Source: Azolla caroliniana (taxonomy: Eukaryota > Plantae > Polypodiophyta). From it: a stretch of DNA of 8,564 nt. The position numbers and the translations under genes are program-made. The notes under the pieces were generated by a model. It was not told the DNA's origin and ran no database searches. It saw nothing but the letters and a program-made list of their open reading frames with translations. The stretch lies in contig JBHGNT010001431.1 of assembly GCA_043228905.1 (NCBI GenBank), positions 1 through 8,564 on the forward strand, in the 5' to 3' direction. Of the stretch, positions 8,170-8,564 are shown piece after piece (position 1 is the first letter of the stretch; the number at the start of each line of letters is the position of its first letter).

Positions 8170-8564
8170 AGAGACTCTTGGTTCCAAAAACTATTTGATA
8201 ATGTTTTTACCCATTAAAAATTTGTCTGGAGTGCAGTCTAGTTCAAACTGTTATTGCAGATCTAGAGGCATCCCTAATGAGTGGGAATGAAGCAGAGAAC
8301 CATGATCCACGATAAAGCATCCATACCTACAAGATTACAGGGGCTTAGATGGTGCACCATCAATGGTCTTATTTTCCCAAATGGCATTATGGTTTCAGCA
8401 TAACCTCTTTGGATACATCTCACAATAGCTCAGGGATTAGCAAAGCCATCAGGCAAGATTCATTCAGCTAGAGACTAGACGGACATGGATTGAACCTAGG
8501 CAGGAGTTATTACAAAGATAGGCATCTGTCATGACCATCTTCTTCACATTACTCGTGATGGATG
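7866..8564 (-). other. Upstream intron of the FLU-like gene (at least 699 bp; 5' exons for the transit peptide and TM helix lie outside the window)
   Basis: Strong pyrimidine tract and CAG ending at 7866. I could not find a FLU transmembrane-segment exon in 7866-8564 on the minus strand. Confidence 0.7.
8105..8166. repeat. Compound microsatellite (CT)13(AT)18
   Basis: Perfect CT run at 8105-8130 directly followed by a perfect AT run at 8131-8166. Confidence 0.97.

Noticed and set aside
7895-8290. 131-aa plus-strand ORF
   Set aside because: It is held open by the microsatellite (LSLSLS, YIYIYI) and is antisense to an intron.
8200-8326. Possible upstream FLU exon after the minus-strand TTGTAG at about 8326
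   Set aside because: All three frames hit stops before a suitable donor, and none resembles the FLU TM segment.
1-8564. CRISPR array, tRNA/rRNA genes or a prokaryotic operon-type system
   Set aside because: No repeat-spacer array or RNA-gene signature was seen; spliceosomal introns and an LTR element indicate plant nuclear DNA.

Overview
This is eukaryotic (land-plant) nuclear DNA; a bryophyte such as a moss is a guess from the element and intergenic style and is not established. The left end (1-1250) is a GC-rich, decayed Ty3/Gypsy LTR retrotransposon. Its pol remnant covers the RT C-terminus, RNase H and the start of the integrase zinc finger, with several stops and frameshifts. It breaks off at about 1062 and is joined to about 190 bp ending in an LTR-like terminus (GTGACA, 1250). 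The middle (about 1250-6800) is AT-rich non-coding DNA with small duplications and possibly very old TE debris. The right end holds, on the minus strand, the last two coding exons (7865-7551 and 7081-6873) of a FLU (FLUORESCENT IN BLUE LIGHT)-like chloroplast TPR protein, which the ORF track only partly captures. Its 5' exons lie beyond the window, past an intron carrying a (CT)13(AT)18 microsatellite. I see no convincing new biological system. The best leads are the divergent FLU-like protein, a duplication of its stop-codon region, a weak final splice acceptor with a competing AG, and the rearranged retroelement junction.
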